Numbered from the stretch's first letter, positions 24,841 through 34,209 are shown. The stretch is DNA of 64,000 nucleotides from an uncultured Candidatus Rokubacteria bacterium (GCA_963758635.1 CAVWWD010000008.1:779215-843214); one strand, 5' to 3'. Notes: generated by a model from the letters alone, not told the origin. Numbers and translations are program-made.

Positions 24841-27210
24841 ATGTCCTTCCTCGAGTCGCGGAGCCACTCCGCGCGCGAGGGCTTCGGCAAGCCCGTGCTG
24901 CGCAAGGAGGACGGGCGCCTCCTCACGGGCGGGGGCGCGTACAGCGACGACCTCAACGTGCCCGGCCAGGCCTACGCGTGCTTCGTGCGGTCGCCGCACG
25001 CGCACGCGCGCATCGGGCGCATCGACACCGCCGCCGCCCTCGCCGTTGTCGGCGTGATCGCGGTCCTGACCGGGCGGGACGCCGTCGCGGACGGCATGAA
25101 GCCGGTCACGCACAGCCCGATGCCCGGCAATCCCTACGAAGAGATCGTCCGCGACCGCGACGTGGCCTTCGTCCCGCCTCACCCGCCGATGCCCGCGGAT
25201 CGCGTGCGCTTCGCCGGTGGCGTGGTCGCCATGGTGGTGGCGGAAACGCCGGCGGCGGCGCGTGACGGCGCCGAGCGCGTCGACGTGGACTGGACACCGC
25301 TTCCCGCGGTGACGGGAAGCCTCGCCGCGGCGGGCGCGGAGGCGCCGGTGCTCTACGACGAGAGCGCGTCGAACGTGTGCGTGGACGTCGAGGCGGGCGA
25401 CCGCGAGGCCGTCGACCGCGCGTTCGCCCGCGCCGCTCACGTGGTGCGCCTGGACACGTGGGTCCAGCGCGTCACCGGCGTGCCGATGGAGCCGCGCGCC
25501 GCGGTGGGGGAGTGGGACGGCCAGAGCCAGCGCTACACCGTGCACGCCGGCGCGGGCGGGCTCGGCCGGACGCGCACGGGCGTCGCCGGCGCCCTCGGTG
25601 TGGCCGAGAGCGAGGTGCGGGTCACCGCGGGCGACGTGGGCGGCAACTTCGGCACGCGCAACAGCTGCTACCCGGAGTTCGTGCTAGTCGCGTGGGCGGC
25701 CCGGCGCCTCGGCCGGCCCGTGAAGTGGACGGCCGACCGCAACGAGGCGTTTCTCGCCGACTACCAGGGCCGGGACCTCGCCGTTCAGGCCGAGCTGGCG
25801 CTGGACGCCGCGGGCAACTTCCTGGGCCTGCGCGGCGCGAACACCAGCAACGTCGGCGCGCACGCCGTCTCCTTCCACCCGCTGAACAAGGGCATGGCCC
25901 TCACGGGCACCGTGTATCGCATCCCGGCGGTGGCGGTGCGCGGCCGCGCCGTGGCCACCAACACCTCGCCGACCACGCCGTACCGGAGCGCGGGACGACC
26001 CGAGGTCATGTTCGTGATGGAGCGGCTGATCGACCTGGCCGCGCGGCGACACGGCTTCGACCGGCTCGAGGTCCGACGCCGGAACCTGGTGCCGGCGAGC
26101 GCGATGCCGTACCGGAACGCGATGGGCACGGTCTACGACAGCGGCGACTACGTGGCCGCGCTGGACCGGGCCGCGGAGCTGGCCGACTGGTCCGGCTTCG
26201 AGGCGCGCCGCGCCGAGGCGCGCCGGCGGGGCGCGCGCCGCGGCATCGGCGTGGCCAGCTACATCGAGCTGAACACCGGTTTTCCGCGGGAGCGCGCGCA
26301 CCTCACGGTGCGCCCGGAGGGCCGGGTGGACCTCGTCCTGGGCACGCTCTCGTCCGGGCAGGGACATGCCACGAGCTTCGGCCAGCTCGTCGTGGAGTGG
26401 CTCGGCGTGGACCTCGCGCAGGTGAACCTCGTCACCGGCGACACCGACGTCACGGTGGTGGGCGGCGGCGCGCACTCGGCGCGGGCCCTCCGGCTCGCCG
26501 CGGTCGTGATGGCCAAGGCCTCGGACCAGATCGTGGACAAGGGCCGCCGGATCGCCGCGTGGCTCCTCGAGGCGGCGCCCGGCGACGTCGAGTTCGCGGC
26601 CCGCCGGTTCACGGTGAAGGGCACCGACCGGGGCGTGGACCTCTTCGAGGCCGCGGCGGCGGCGCTGCGGGCCGACGCGCCCCCGGACTGCCGCGGCCCG
26701 CTCGACGGCACCAGCGACGAGACCATGCCGCAGCCGTCGTTCCCCTACGGCGCCGCGGTGTGCGAGGTCGAGGTCGACCCCGAGACCGGACACGTGGAGG
26801 TGGCGCGCTACACCACCGTGGACGATTGCGGCCGCGCCGTGAACCCCATGATCCTGCACGGCCAGACGCACGGCGGCATCGCGCAGGGCGTGGGCCAGGC
26901 CCTCTGGGAGTCGTGCGCGTACGACGCGGCCACCGGCCAGCTCCTGTCGTCCACGATGATGGACTACACGATGCCGCGCGCCGACATGCTGCCGATGTTC
27001 ACGACGGAGATCAGCGAGGTCCCCTCGACCGCGCACCCCCTCGGGCTGCGCGGGGGCGGGGAGGGCGGCACGACGCCGGCGCTCGGCGCGGTGGTGAACG
27101 CCGTGGTTGACGCGCTGGCCGACCTCGGCGTGGAGCACATCGAGATGCCCGTCACCGCCGAGCGCGTGTGGCAGGCGATCCAGGACGCCCGGCGACGGTC
27201 GGGCTCGTGA
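24841..27210 (+). CDS. xanthine dehydrogenase family protein, molybdopterin-binding (large) subunit
   Basis: 789 aa, CoxL/aldehyde-oxidase architecture: GKPVLRKEDGRLLTGGGAYSDD, GGNFGTR, PYRSAGRPE, GGIAQGVGQALWE, GLRGGGEGGT. No adjacent FeS or FAD subunit genes. Confidence 0.9.
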   Translation: MSFLESRSHSAREGFGKPVLRKEDGRLLTGGGAYSDDLNVPGQAYACFVRSPHAHARIGRIDTAAALAVVGVIAVLTGRDAVADGMKPVTHSPMPGNPYEEIVRDRDVAFVPPHPPMPADRVRFAGGVVAMVVAETPAAARDGAERVDVDWTPLPAVTGSLAAAGAEAPVLYDESASNVCVDVEAGDREAVDRAFARAAHVVRLDTWVQRVTGVPMEPRAAVGEWDGQSQRYTVHAGAGGLGRTRTGVAGALGVAESEVRVTAGDVGGNFGTRNSCYPEFVLVAWAARRLGRPVKWTADRNEAFLADYQGRDLAVQAELALDAAGNFLGLRGANTSNVGAHAVSFHPLNKGMALTGTVYRIPAVAVRGRAVATNTSPTTPYRSAGRPEVMFVMERLIDLAARRHGFDRLEVRRRNLVPASAMPYRNAMGTVYDSGDYVAALDRAAELADWSGFEARRAEARRRGARRGIGVASYIELNTGFPRERAHLTVRPEGRVDLVLGTLSSGQGHATSFGQLVVEWLGVDLAQVNLVTGDTDVTVVGGGAHSARALRLAAVVMAKASDQIVDKGRRIAAWLLEAAPGDVEFAARRFTVKGTDRGVDLFEAAAAALRADAPPDCRGPLDGTSDETMPQPSFPYGAAVCEVEVDPETGHVEVARYTTVDDCGRAVNPMILHGQTHGGIAQGVGQALWESCAYDAATGQLLSSTMMDYTMPRADMLPMFTTEISEVPSTAHPLGLRGGGEGGTTPALGAVVNAVVDALADLGVEHIEMPVTAERVWQAIQDARRRSGS

Positions 27211-27283
27211 GCCTCGCGCATCAGACAATGCCGAGCGGTGGGACTATAGGGGCCCGTGGCGTTACCGTATTCTGCGAGGGTCA
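27208..27283 (+). repeat. Z repeat, copy B
   Basis: TGAGCCTCGCGCATCAGACAATGCCGAGCGGTGGGACTATAGGGGCCCGTGGCGTTACCGTATTCTGCGAGGGTCA. Its first three bases are the stop codon of the XDH-family gene. Confidence 0.8.
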
Positions 27284-27322
27284 CTAGAGCCCGGACGACC
27301 GGGCAGCGACGGAGGACGCGAG

Positions 27323-27857
27323 ATGCCGGGAAAGGTCCGCCGCATCGTGACCGGCGTGAACGAGCGCGGGCGCTCGTACATCGTCTCCGACCGCGCGTTT
27401 CCCGCCGGCGACGTCGCCCCCGGCCAGGCGGTGCGCGTCGGCCTCTGGGCCACGGGGGCGGCGCCGGCCTCGAACGAGGGCACGGACGACCCCGTGCCGG
27501 ACGGGGTGATCCTGAAGACGCCGCCGGCGGCGCGGGGCGGCAGCGTGATCCGGATCACCGACATCGCCCCCGACAGCCAGCGGGCGTACGACGCCGACGA
27601 GCTGCGCCGGCGCGGCTGCAAGACGACGCCCGACCGCTCGGCGCGCCACCCCGGCTTCCACGCCACCGACACCGTGGACTACGCGATCTGCCTGGAGGGA
27701 GAGGTGTGGGCGGTGCTGGACGAGGCCGAGACGCTCATGCGTCCGGGCGACGTGCTGATCCAGCGCGGCACCCATCACGCGTGGTCGAATCGCACCGATC
27801 GCGTCGCCCGGATGGCTCTTCATCCTGATCGACGCCGAGCCGCTCCCCAACCACTGA
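27323..27857 (+). CDS. cupin domain protein, one apparent +1 frameshift near 27818
   Basis: ATG after GGAGGA. DTVDYAICLEGEVWAVLDEAETLMRPGDVLIQRGTHHAWSNRTD. After ...ARMA the expected ending (F/L)ILIDAEPLPNH-stop (TGA 27855-27857) is one base out of frame. Confidence 0.65.
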
Positions 27858-27871
27858 AGGAGGCCCCGCCG

Positions 27872-28780
27872 TTGTCCATTCCGCTCGGGATGTCGCTGCC
27901 CCACCGATCGCCCGACGCCATCGACCCCGACGAGGTGCGCCGCGTGGCGGAACGCTCCGAGGCGCTCGGGTTCAAGGACCTCTGGGTGACCGAGAACACG
28001 CTCGATCACGTGACCAGCTTCGACCCGGCGGTGATCCTGACCTACGCCGCGGCGGTGACCACGTCGATCCGCCTGGGCGTCTCCGTGGTGGTCCTGCCCG
28101 TCCGCCATCCGATCCACGTGGCCCACCAGGTCGCCACGCTCGACTACGTGAGCCGCGGCCGGGCCATCCTCGGCGTGGGCATCGGGCGGCCCGACCACTA
28201 CGCCCACTTCCAGGTGTCGCCCGAGCACCGGGTGCGCGCCTTGCGCGAGGGCGTCGAGCTGATCAAGGCGTTCTGGACCTCGCCCGCGGTGAAGTACCAG
28301 GGACGCGTCTACCGGATCGACGACGGCGCCATGGCCCTCCGGCCCGTCCAGAAGCCCCGCCCGCCCATCTGGCTCGGCGGCGGGCATCCCGACGCCGTCC
28401 GGCGCGCCGTGGCCATCGCGGACGGCTGGATGGGCGCGGGAGGATCGACCCGGGCCTCGTTCGCGGCGAGCGTGCCCCTCCTGCGCGAGGAGCTCGAGAA
28501 GGCGAGACGTGATCCCGCGGGATTTCCCATCTCCAAGCGCGTGTTCCTCTCCGTCCACGAGCGCGCGGACGTGGCCCGAGCGGAGCTCCACCGCTGGTTC
28601 ACCACGGTGTACAGGAACCCCGACGGCGCCGACACCGCCGGCGTCCACGGCACGCCCGAGCAGGTGCGCGAGCGGCTCCAGGACCTGATCGCGCTCGGCG
28701 CCAACCATCTGCTCCTGAACCCGGTCAGCCGCTACGCCGAGCACGTCGAAGCCCTGGCCGCCGTGATGCGCCCGTCCTGA
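27872..28780 (+). CDS. LLM class F420-dependent oxidoreductase
   Basis: TTG 27872 lies 7 nt after AAGGAGG. (M)SIPLGMSLPH..., GFKDLWVTENTLD, RLGVSVVVLPVRHPIHVAHQVATLD, GRAILGVGIGR. Confidence 0.8.
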   Translation: MSIPLGMSLPHRSPDAIDPDEVRRVAERSEALGFKDLWVTENTLDHVTSFDPAVILTYAAAVTTSIRLGVSVVVLPVRHPIHVAHQVATLDYVSRGRAILGVGIGRPDHYAHFQVSPEHRVRALREGVELIKAFWTSPAVKYQGRVYRIDDGAMALRPVQKPRPPIWLGGGHPDAVRRAVAIADGWMGAGGSTRASFAASVPLLREELEKARRDPAGFPISKRVFLSVHERADVARAELHRWFTTVYRNPDGADTAGVHGTPEQVRERLQDLIALGANHLLLNPVSRYAEHVEALAAVMRPS

Positions 28781-28806
28781 CCGAACCCGACAAGGGGAGG
28801 CACAGC

Positions 28807-29163
28807 ATGTCATTCGCGCTCAATCACGTGCACCTGAAGACGCGCGACCCGAAGCAGACGGCCCAGTTCTACGTGGACAACTTCGGCGCGACCCTGGTCG
28901 GCGAGATCGGCACCCGCGGCTGGCGCGTGAACCTGCACGGGCTCACGCTGAACATCACGACGATCATCGACTCCCAGCGGCGCGAGCAGCACTACGGGGT
29001 GGAGCACCTCGCGCTCGACACGGACGACTACACGGGGACGCTGGCTCGCCTCCGGGCCAACGGCGTGCGCGTCCTCGAGGAGATGCCGCCGGTCAACGGC
29101 CGTCGCGTGTGCTTCCTCGAGGCGCCCGACGGCGCCCAGGTCGAGGTGATCGAGAAGGTCTAG
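28807..29163 (+). CDS. VOC family protein
   Basis: 118 aa after GGGGAGG. LNHVHLKTRDPKQTAQFYVDNFGA...GVEHLALDTDDYTGTLARLRANGVRV...LEAPDGAQVEVIE. Confidence 0.85.
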   Translation: MSFALNHVHLKTRDPKQTAQFYVDNFGATLVGEIGTRGWRVNLHGLTLNITTIIDSQRREQHYGVEHLALDTDDYTGTLARLRANGVRVLEEMPPVNGRRVCFLEAPDGAQVEVIEKV

Positions 29164-29187
29164 CGACGCGCGCGTTGCCTCTGGCGG

Positions 29188-29370
29188 TCAGGCGCGCTCG
29201 GGCGGGGCGGCGGGGAGGCACTCAGGGGTCGTCGGGACCACGCCGCACGCGTGCGCTGCCCCGCTGGGACTGGGCTCCATCCGGGCGCGCGGGGTCCGAT
29301 GACCGTTGGAGGGGAAGGGCCGCCGCGACCCCTGGTGCCTCCCCACCGCCCACCCGGCGACCGGCTGATG
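29188..29370 (-). repeat. X element, left arm of large inverted repeat
   Basis: About 93% identical (hand alignment) to the reverse complement of 29597-29776. Internally palindromic: GGGGAGGCACTCAGGGG (29212-) pairs with CCCCTGGTGCCTCCCC (29328-29343). Contains CGCACGCGTGCG. Confidence 0.85.
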
Positions 29371-29412
29371 CCGCCGGCGCGGCTAACCAGCGTACCCAAG
29401 TCAGCGCGACAC

Positions 29413-29508
29413 CCGGGTCAGGTCTTGAATTGCGACATCGCCTTCCGGGCGGCGCGAAGTGATCGGCCGATGCCCCGGCGAGGTGCTGCATTTCAAGACC
29501 TGACCCGG
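29413..29508. repeat. Y palindrome, copy 1 (long-loop form)
   Basis: CCGGGTCAGGTCTTGAA (29413-29429) pairs perfectly with TTCAAGACCTGACCCGG (29492-29508), with extra partial pairing (TGCGACA/TGCTGCA). The loop is about 60 nt. Confidence 0.85.
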
Positions 29509-29596
29509 ATGTTGCCGGAGGAGACTCGCGGCCGTGCCCGTCGACGGATCGTCGGAGCAAGACGCTCCTCAGTGGATCGTGGTGGCACGTGAGCGA

Positions 29597-29776
29597 CATC
29601 AGCGGGTTGCCGGGTGGGCGGTGGGGAGGCACCAGGGGTCGAGGGGCCCTTCCCCTCCAACGGTCATCGGACCCCGCGCGCCCGGATGGAGCCCAGTTCC
29701 AGCGGGGCAGCGCACGCGTGCGGCGTGGCCCCGCGGCCCCTGGTGCCTCCCCGCCGCCCTGCCCGAGCGCGCCTGA
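29597..29776 (+). repeat. X element, right arm of large inverted repeat
   Basis: CATCAGCGGGTTGCCGGGTGGGCGGTGGGGAGGCACCAGGGG...CCCCTGGTGCCTCCCCGCCGCCCTGCCCGAGCGCGCCTGA. Perfect 16-bp closing stem. It ends 29 nt before the lhr stop codon. Confidence 0.85.
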
Positions 29777-29804
29777 TGACGGTCGTCGGGAAGGGGGGCC
29801 GCGC

Positions 29805-32800
29805 TTACGCAGGCGCGGCGATGCCGGGTGGCGGGGCGGCGGCGCTGGTTACCGGGAGGCCGTCGCAGTAGGTGATCGTGTTGCCGCGCACGGCGGGCAC
29901 TCTGGGGCCGGGCGTGATGATGCCGGTGAGGTTGAGGGGATCGACGGCGGCGATCTTCACGATCTCGCCGGTGCGGTCGCGGCGGCGGGTCGCGCGGAGG
30001 GCCTCGACGGCGTCGGGCAGGGCGTACTGCTCGCCCACGAAGCCCGTGACGAAGCGGCCGCCGCGCGCGGTGCCGCGGGCTTCCATGCGGCGGAGCGCCC
30101 AGAGGATCTCCCGCCACGGCAGGACGAGGCCTTCGCGGACCGCGAGGTCGCGGAACACGACGCCGTAGCGCGCCAGGAGCTGCTCGGCCACCGCCTCGGC
30201 CAGGGTCTCGAGGTCCGCGCTGTCGTCCTCGACCGGCGCGGGCGCGTGCAGCAGCGACCAGCGGCCCTCCCGGCCGAGCGCGAGGTCGCGGGCCCGCTGG
30301 CGGAGGCGGCGGCCGCGCGCGAGCGCGGCGCGCTTGGCCCAGCGCTCCCGCGCGGTCAGGAGCGCGCGGACGCTCCCGAAGCCGTCGGCGGTGACGAGGC
30401 CGCGCGAGACCAGGTCCCAGAGCCCTTCCTCGACCTCCACGCGGAGCCGGCCGGTGATCGCCACGAGGTCGTCGTAGAAGAGCGCGCCACGCGCCCGCAG
30501 GGCCTCGAGCACGTCGCGCGCCGCGCCCTCGCCGGGCAGCAGCGGAGCCGATGCGCCGCGCGACGCGCGGAGCCACCAGCCCAGGTTGTCCCGAAGCGTG
30601 AAGGCGAGCGGCGTCGCCCGTGACGGCACGGCGCCGCCCCGGCCGGCAGGCTCCGCGGGAGGCGGGGCGTCCCCGGTCGCGGGGCGCGTGGTCAGGCGGC
30701 CCCACGCGACCGCGCCGGACAGGCACGCGTCGTCGAGCCACTCGGGACGATACGCGCCGACCCGCGCGGGGAGCACGGACTCCTCCCAGGAGCCGGCGGC
30801 CACCTCGACGCCCTGGAGCTGCTCGATCACCGCGAGCACGCCGCGCCGCCCTTCCACCTGCGTGTCCGGCGCCACGTGCTGCCAGCGCAGCAGGAAGCGC
30901 ATGAAGTCCTGCGCGGTGACGGGCTCGATCTCGCGGCGGAGGCGGTCGGTGGTGTACCGGTGGATCCGGGCGAGGAGGCGCCGCTCGCAGTACTCGACGG
31001 CGTCGTCCCCGCGGGCCGGATCGAAGCGCCCCCGCAAGGCGAACCCTTCCATCTCGAGCCGCGCGAGGGCCGCGTCCATCGACGACGCCGGCAGGCCGGT
31101 GAACCCGGCCAGCTCGGCGGCGGTCGACGGGCCCACGGTGGCGAGATGGCCGCGCGCCACCGCCACCGCGGCGGCCTCGGGGCCGACCGGGCCGCGGGTG
31201 CGGAGGGTCTCGGGAAGCGTCACGTCGGGATCGACGGGCGCGCCGGGCAGGAGCGCGTCCACCAGGTGCCGGCGCTCGGTGGCGAGCCAGAGCGGGCCGT
31301 CCGGACCCTCGACCCGCGCCGCGCGCCCGTGGCGGACCAGCTCGTCGAACCACGCCGACCACTCCGCGCCCGGCCGCATCAGCACCAGTCCCAGGAGCGT
31401 GTCGTGCAGCTCCTCGGCGTCGCGGGGGCCGGGGCGCGCCTCGTCGCGCACGCGGAGCGATGGCGTCGGGATCGAGCCGGCCCAGCTCGCGGACACTGTC
31501 GGGGAGGCCACGGCGCAGCGCGACCGCGCGCGTGCGGCGCTCCTCGAGCGGCGCGTCGTCCAGGTACGTGTAGGGCCGCCCGTTCAGGATCTCGTGGGAC
31601 ATCGGCGAGGGCTCGGCGGAGTCCACGAAGTGCGGCCGCACCGCGCCGGTCTCGATGCGCTCGAGGAGCGCCACGAGCCCGTCCACGTCGGTGGCCTCGT
31701 GCAGGCAGTCGTGCATGGTCTGCCGGACCATCGGATGCTCGGGAATGTCGATGGGCCCGGCGCCTGCGTTCTCCTGGCAGGCGGCGAGCGCGGGGAAGAC
31801 GGCGGCGAGCAGGTCGTCGGCCTCCATGCGCTGGATCGGCGGCGGGTTGCGCCGGCCGCCGCGCTGGCGCAGCACCACGAGGGCGCGGCCCAGGTTCCAC
31901 CGCCACCGCACCTGGAACATGGGCGACAGCAGGAGCGCCTGGGCGAGCGTGTCCTCCGCGGTGGCCGACGTGAGGAAGCGCGGCAGCTCCTCGAGCGGGA
32001 GGGACTGGCCGGTCCCGAGCGAGATGACCACCGCGTCGTCGCTCGCCGCCGCCTGCAGCTCGAAGTCGAAGCGGCGGCAGAAGCGCTTCCGGAGGGCGAG
32101 GCCGAGGGCCCGGTTGATCCGGCCGCCGAGCGGCGAGTGGATCACGAGCTGCATCCCGCCCGCCTCGTCGAAGAACCGCTCGAAGACGAGGTCCTTCTGG
32201 GTGGGGATGACGCCCAGCGACTGCTGCGCGGCGGCGAGGTAGCCGACGATCTCGGTGGCGGCCACCGCGCTCACGCCGCACTCCGCCTGGACCCAGGCCT
32301 GCGCGGCCGCGCGGTCTCCAGCGCGAAGCAGGCGGTCCAGGTGGTCGCGGAGGTCGGAGACTTCCCCCGAGAGCTCGGCGGTCCGTGCCGGCGCTTCGCC
32401 CAGCCAGAACGGCACCGAGGGCGGGGCGCCCTGCGCGTCCACCACGCGGACGATCCCTGCCTCCACCCGGCGGATGCGCCACGACGTGCTGCCGAGGAGG
32501 AACGTGTCGCCGGCCATGCTCTCGATGGCCCAGTCCTCGTTCACCGTGCCCACGACGGTGTCGTCGGGGTCGGCCACGACCTTGTAGTCCGCCGTCTCGG
32601 GGATGGCGCCGCCCGAGGTCAGGGCGGGGAGGCGCGCGGCCCGGCGCGCGCGCAGGACGCCGTTGACGCGGTCGTGGTGAAGCCAGGCGCCCCGCGTGCC
32701 GCGGCCCGTCTGGATGCCGTCGGACAGCATGTCCACGACCTCGTCGAAGTCGGCCCGGGCCAGCTCCGCGTACGGCGCGGCGCGGGTGACCAGGGCGTAG

Positions 32801-34110
32801 AGGTCGTCAACCCGCCATGGCTCCGCCACCGTCGCGGCCACGATCTGCTGAGCCAGGATGTCCAGCGGCGCCACGGGCGGCAGGACGCGGTCGAGGCGCC
32901 CCGCACGCACCCCGCGGAGCAGCGCCGCGCTCTCCACCAGCTCGTCGCGCGTGGTCGGGTAGAGCCGGCCCTTCGGCGTGGCCCCGCGCGCGTGCCCCGA
33001 GCGTCCCACGCGCTGGAGGAACGTGGCGAGGCTCCGCGGCGAGCCGATCTGGCAGGCCAGCTCAACGGGACCGATGTCGATGCCCAGCTCGAGCGACGCG
33101 GTCGCGACCAGGACCTTCAGGTCGCCCGCGCGCAGCCGCGACTCGAGGGTGAGCCGCCGGCCCTTCGAGAGGCTCCCGTGGTGCGCCGCGACCTTGTCCT
33201 CGCCCACGCGCTCGGCGAGGAGGTGGGCGAGCCGCTCGGCGAGCCGGCGCGTGTTCACGAAGACCAGCGTGGTGCGATGCTGGGCCACGTGCCCGGCGAT
33301 GCCGTCGAGGATCTCCCCCCACTGCTCGTGGGAGGCCACGGCCTCGAGCGGGGTCTGCGGCAGCTCGATCGCGAGGTCGAGCGCGCGCCGGTGTCCGAGG
33401 TCCACGATGCGGCACGCCGGACGGCCCTCGGCGTCCGTTCGCCCGGGGCCCGCGCCCACGAGCAGGCGGGCGATGGTCTCGATGGGGCGCTGGGTCGCGG
33501 ACAGGCCGATCCGCTGCGCGCGCCCCCCGCAGAGCGCGTCGAGGCGCTCGAGGGTCAGGGCCAGGTGGGATCCGCGCTTGTCGCGCGCGACGGCGTGGAT
33601 CTCGTCGACGATGACCGCGCGCACGCGGCGGAGGCGCTCGCGGCTCCGGCCCGCCGTCACCAGGAGGTACAGCGACTCCGGGGTGGTCACCACCAGGTGC
33701 GGGGGGCGCTTGATCATGGCGGCCCGCGCGGACGAGGGCGTGTCGCCGGTACGCAGGAGGACCCGCAGCTCCGGCACGTCGAGGCCCAGCTCGCGCGCGG
33801 TGGCCCGGATCTCGGATAGCGGCGCCCGCAGGTTCTGCTCGATGTCGGCGGCGAGGGCCTTGAGCGGCGAGACGTAGACGACCTCGGGCCCCTCGTCGTC
33901 GTCCGGGGACGGGGGACGCCGCATCAGCCGGTCGATGGCCACGAGGAACGCGGCGAGCGTCTTGCCGGAGCCCGTCGGCGCGGCGATCAGGGTGTCGTCG
34001 CCGGCGGCGATGGCGGGCCAGCCCGCCTCCTGGGGCTCGGTCGGGCCCAGGGGGAATCGCCGTTCGAACCAGGCGCGGACGGCGGGATGGAACGATGCCA
34101 GCGCGGACAT
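29805..34110 (-). CDS. lhr: ATP-dependent helicase Lhr (long form), one apparent +1 frameshift near 31457
   Basis: N-terminus MSALASFHPAVRAWFERRF, motif I APTGSGKT, motif II VIVDEIHAV, Lhr WH/beta-barrel region. After ...LDPDAIA the sequence continues one base out of frame (RVRDEARPGPRDAEELHDTLLGLV...) to TAA 29807-29805. The Arg/Pro-rich 700-aa tail of the 1503-aa track ORF is out of frame. Confidence 0.9.
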
Positions 34111-34164
34111 GCGCGTGAAGTGTACCAGAGCCCTCGCGGGCCCACCGCCGGCCGCGGCGCACCA

Positions 34165-34209
34165 GGGTCAGGTCTTGAAATACGACAGATGCTGCAATTC
34201 AAGACCTGA
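34165..34209. repeat. Y palindrome, copy 2 (short-loop form)
   Basis: GGGTCAGGTCTTGAAATACGACAGATGCTGCAATTCAAGACCTGA with a 12-bp perfect stem TCAGGTCTTGAA/TTCAAGACCTGA. It lies 55-100 nt upstream of the lhr ATG. Confidence 0.85.

Noticed and set aside
29160-29776. The paired small ORFs 29160..29399(-) and 29534..29776(+), which share ...GPSPPTVIGPRAPGWSPVPAGQRTRAAW..., as duplicated peptide genes.
   Set aside because: They are mirror translations of the two arms of the inverted repeat. They have no RBS or start context, and their composition is off-frame-like.
29188-29776. The X-Y-X block as a CRISPR array, tRNA/tmRNA, 6S RNA, retron msr-msd or recombinase-driven inverton.
   Set aside because: There are no direct repeat-spacer periodicity, no tRNA-like arms and no RT or recombinase gene nearby. 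The block lies between two convergent 3' ends, so an invertible promoter has no obvious target. A 6S-like rod is not excluded by sequence alone, but two inverted copies and this location argue against it.
29599-34110. 1503-aa ORF as the full Lhr protein.
   Set aside because: Beyond ~31457 the frame gives Arg/Pro-rich nonsense and runs into the X repeat. The genuine Lhr C-terminal half is ORF 29805..31511, in the adjacent frame.
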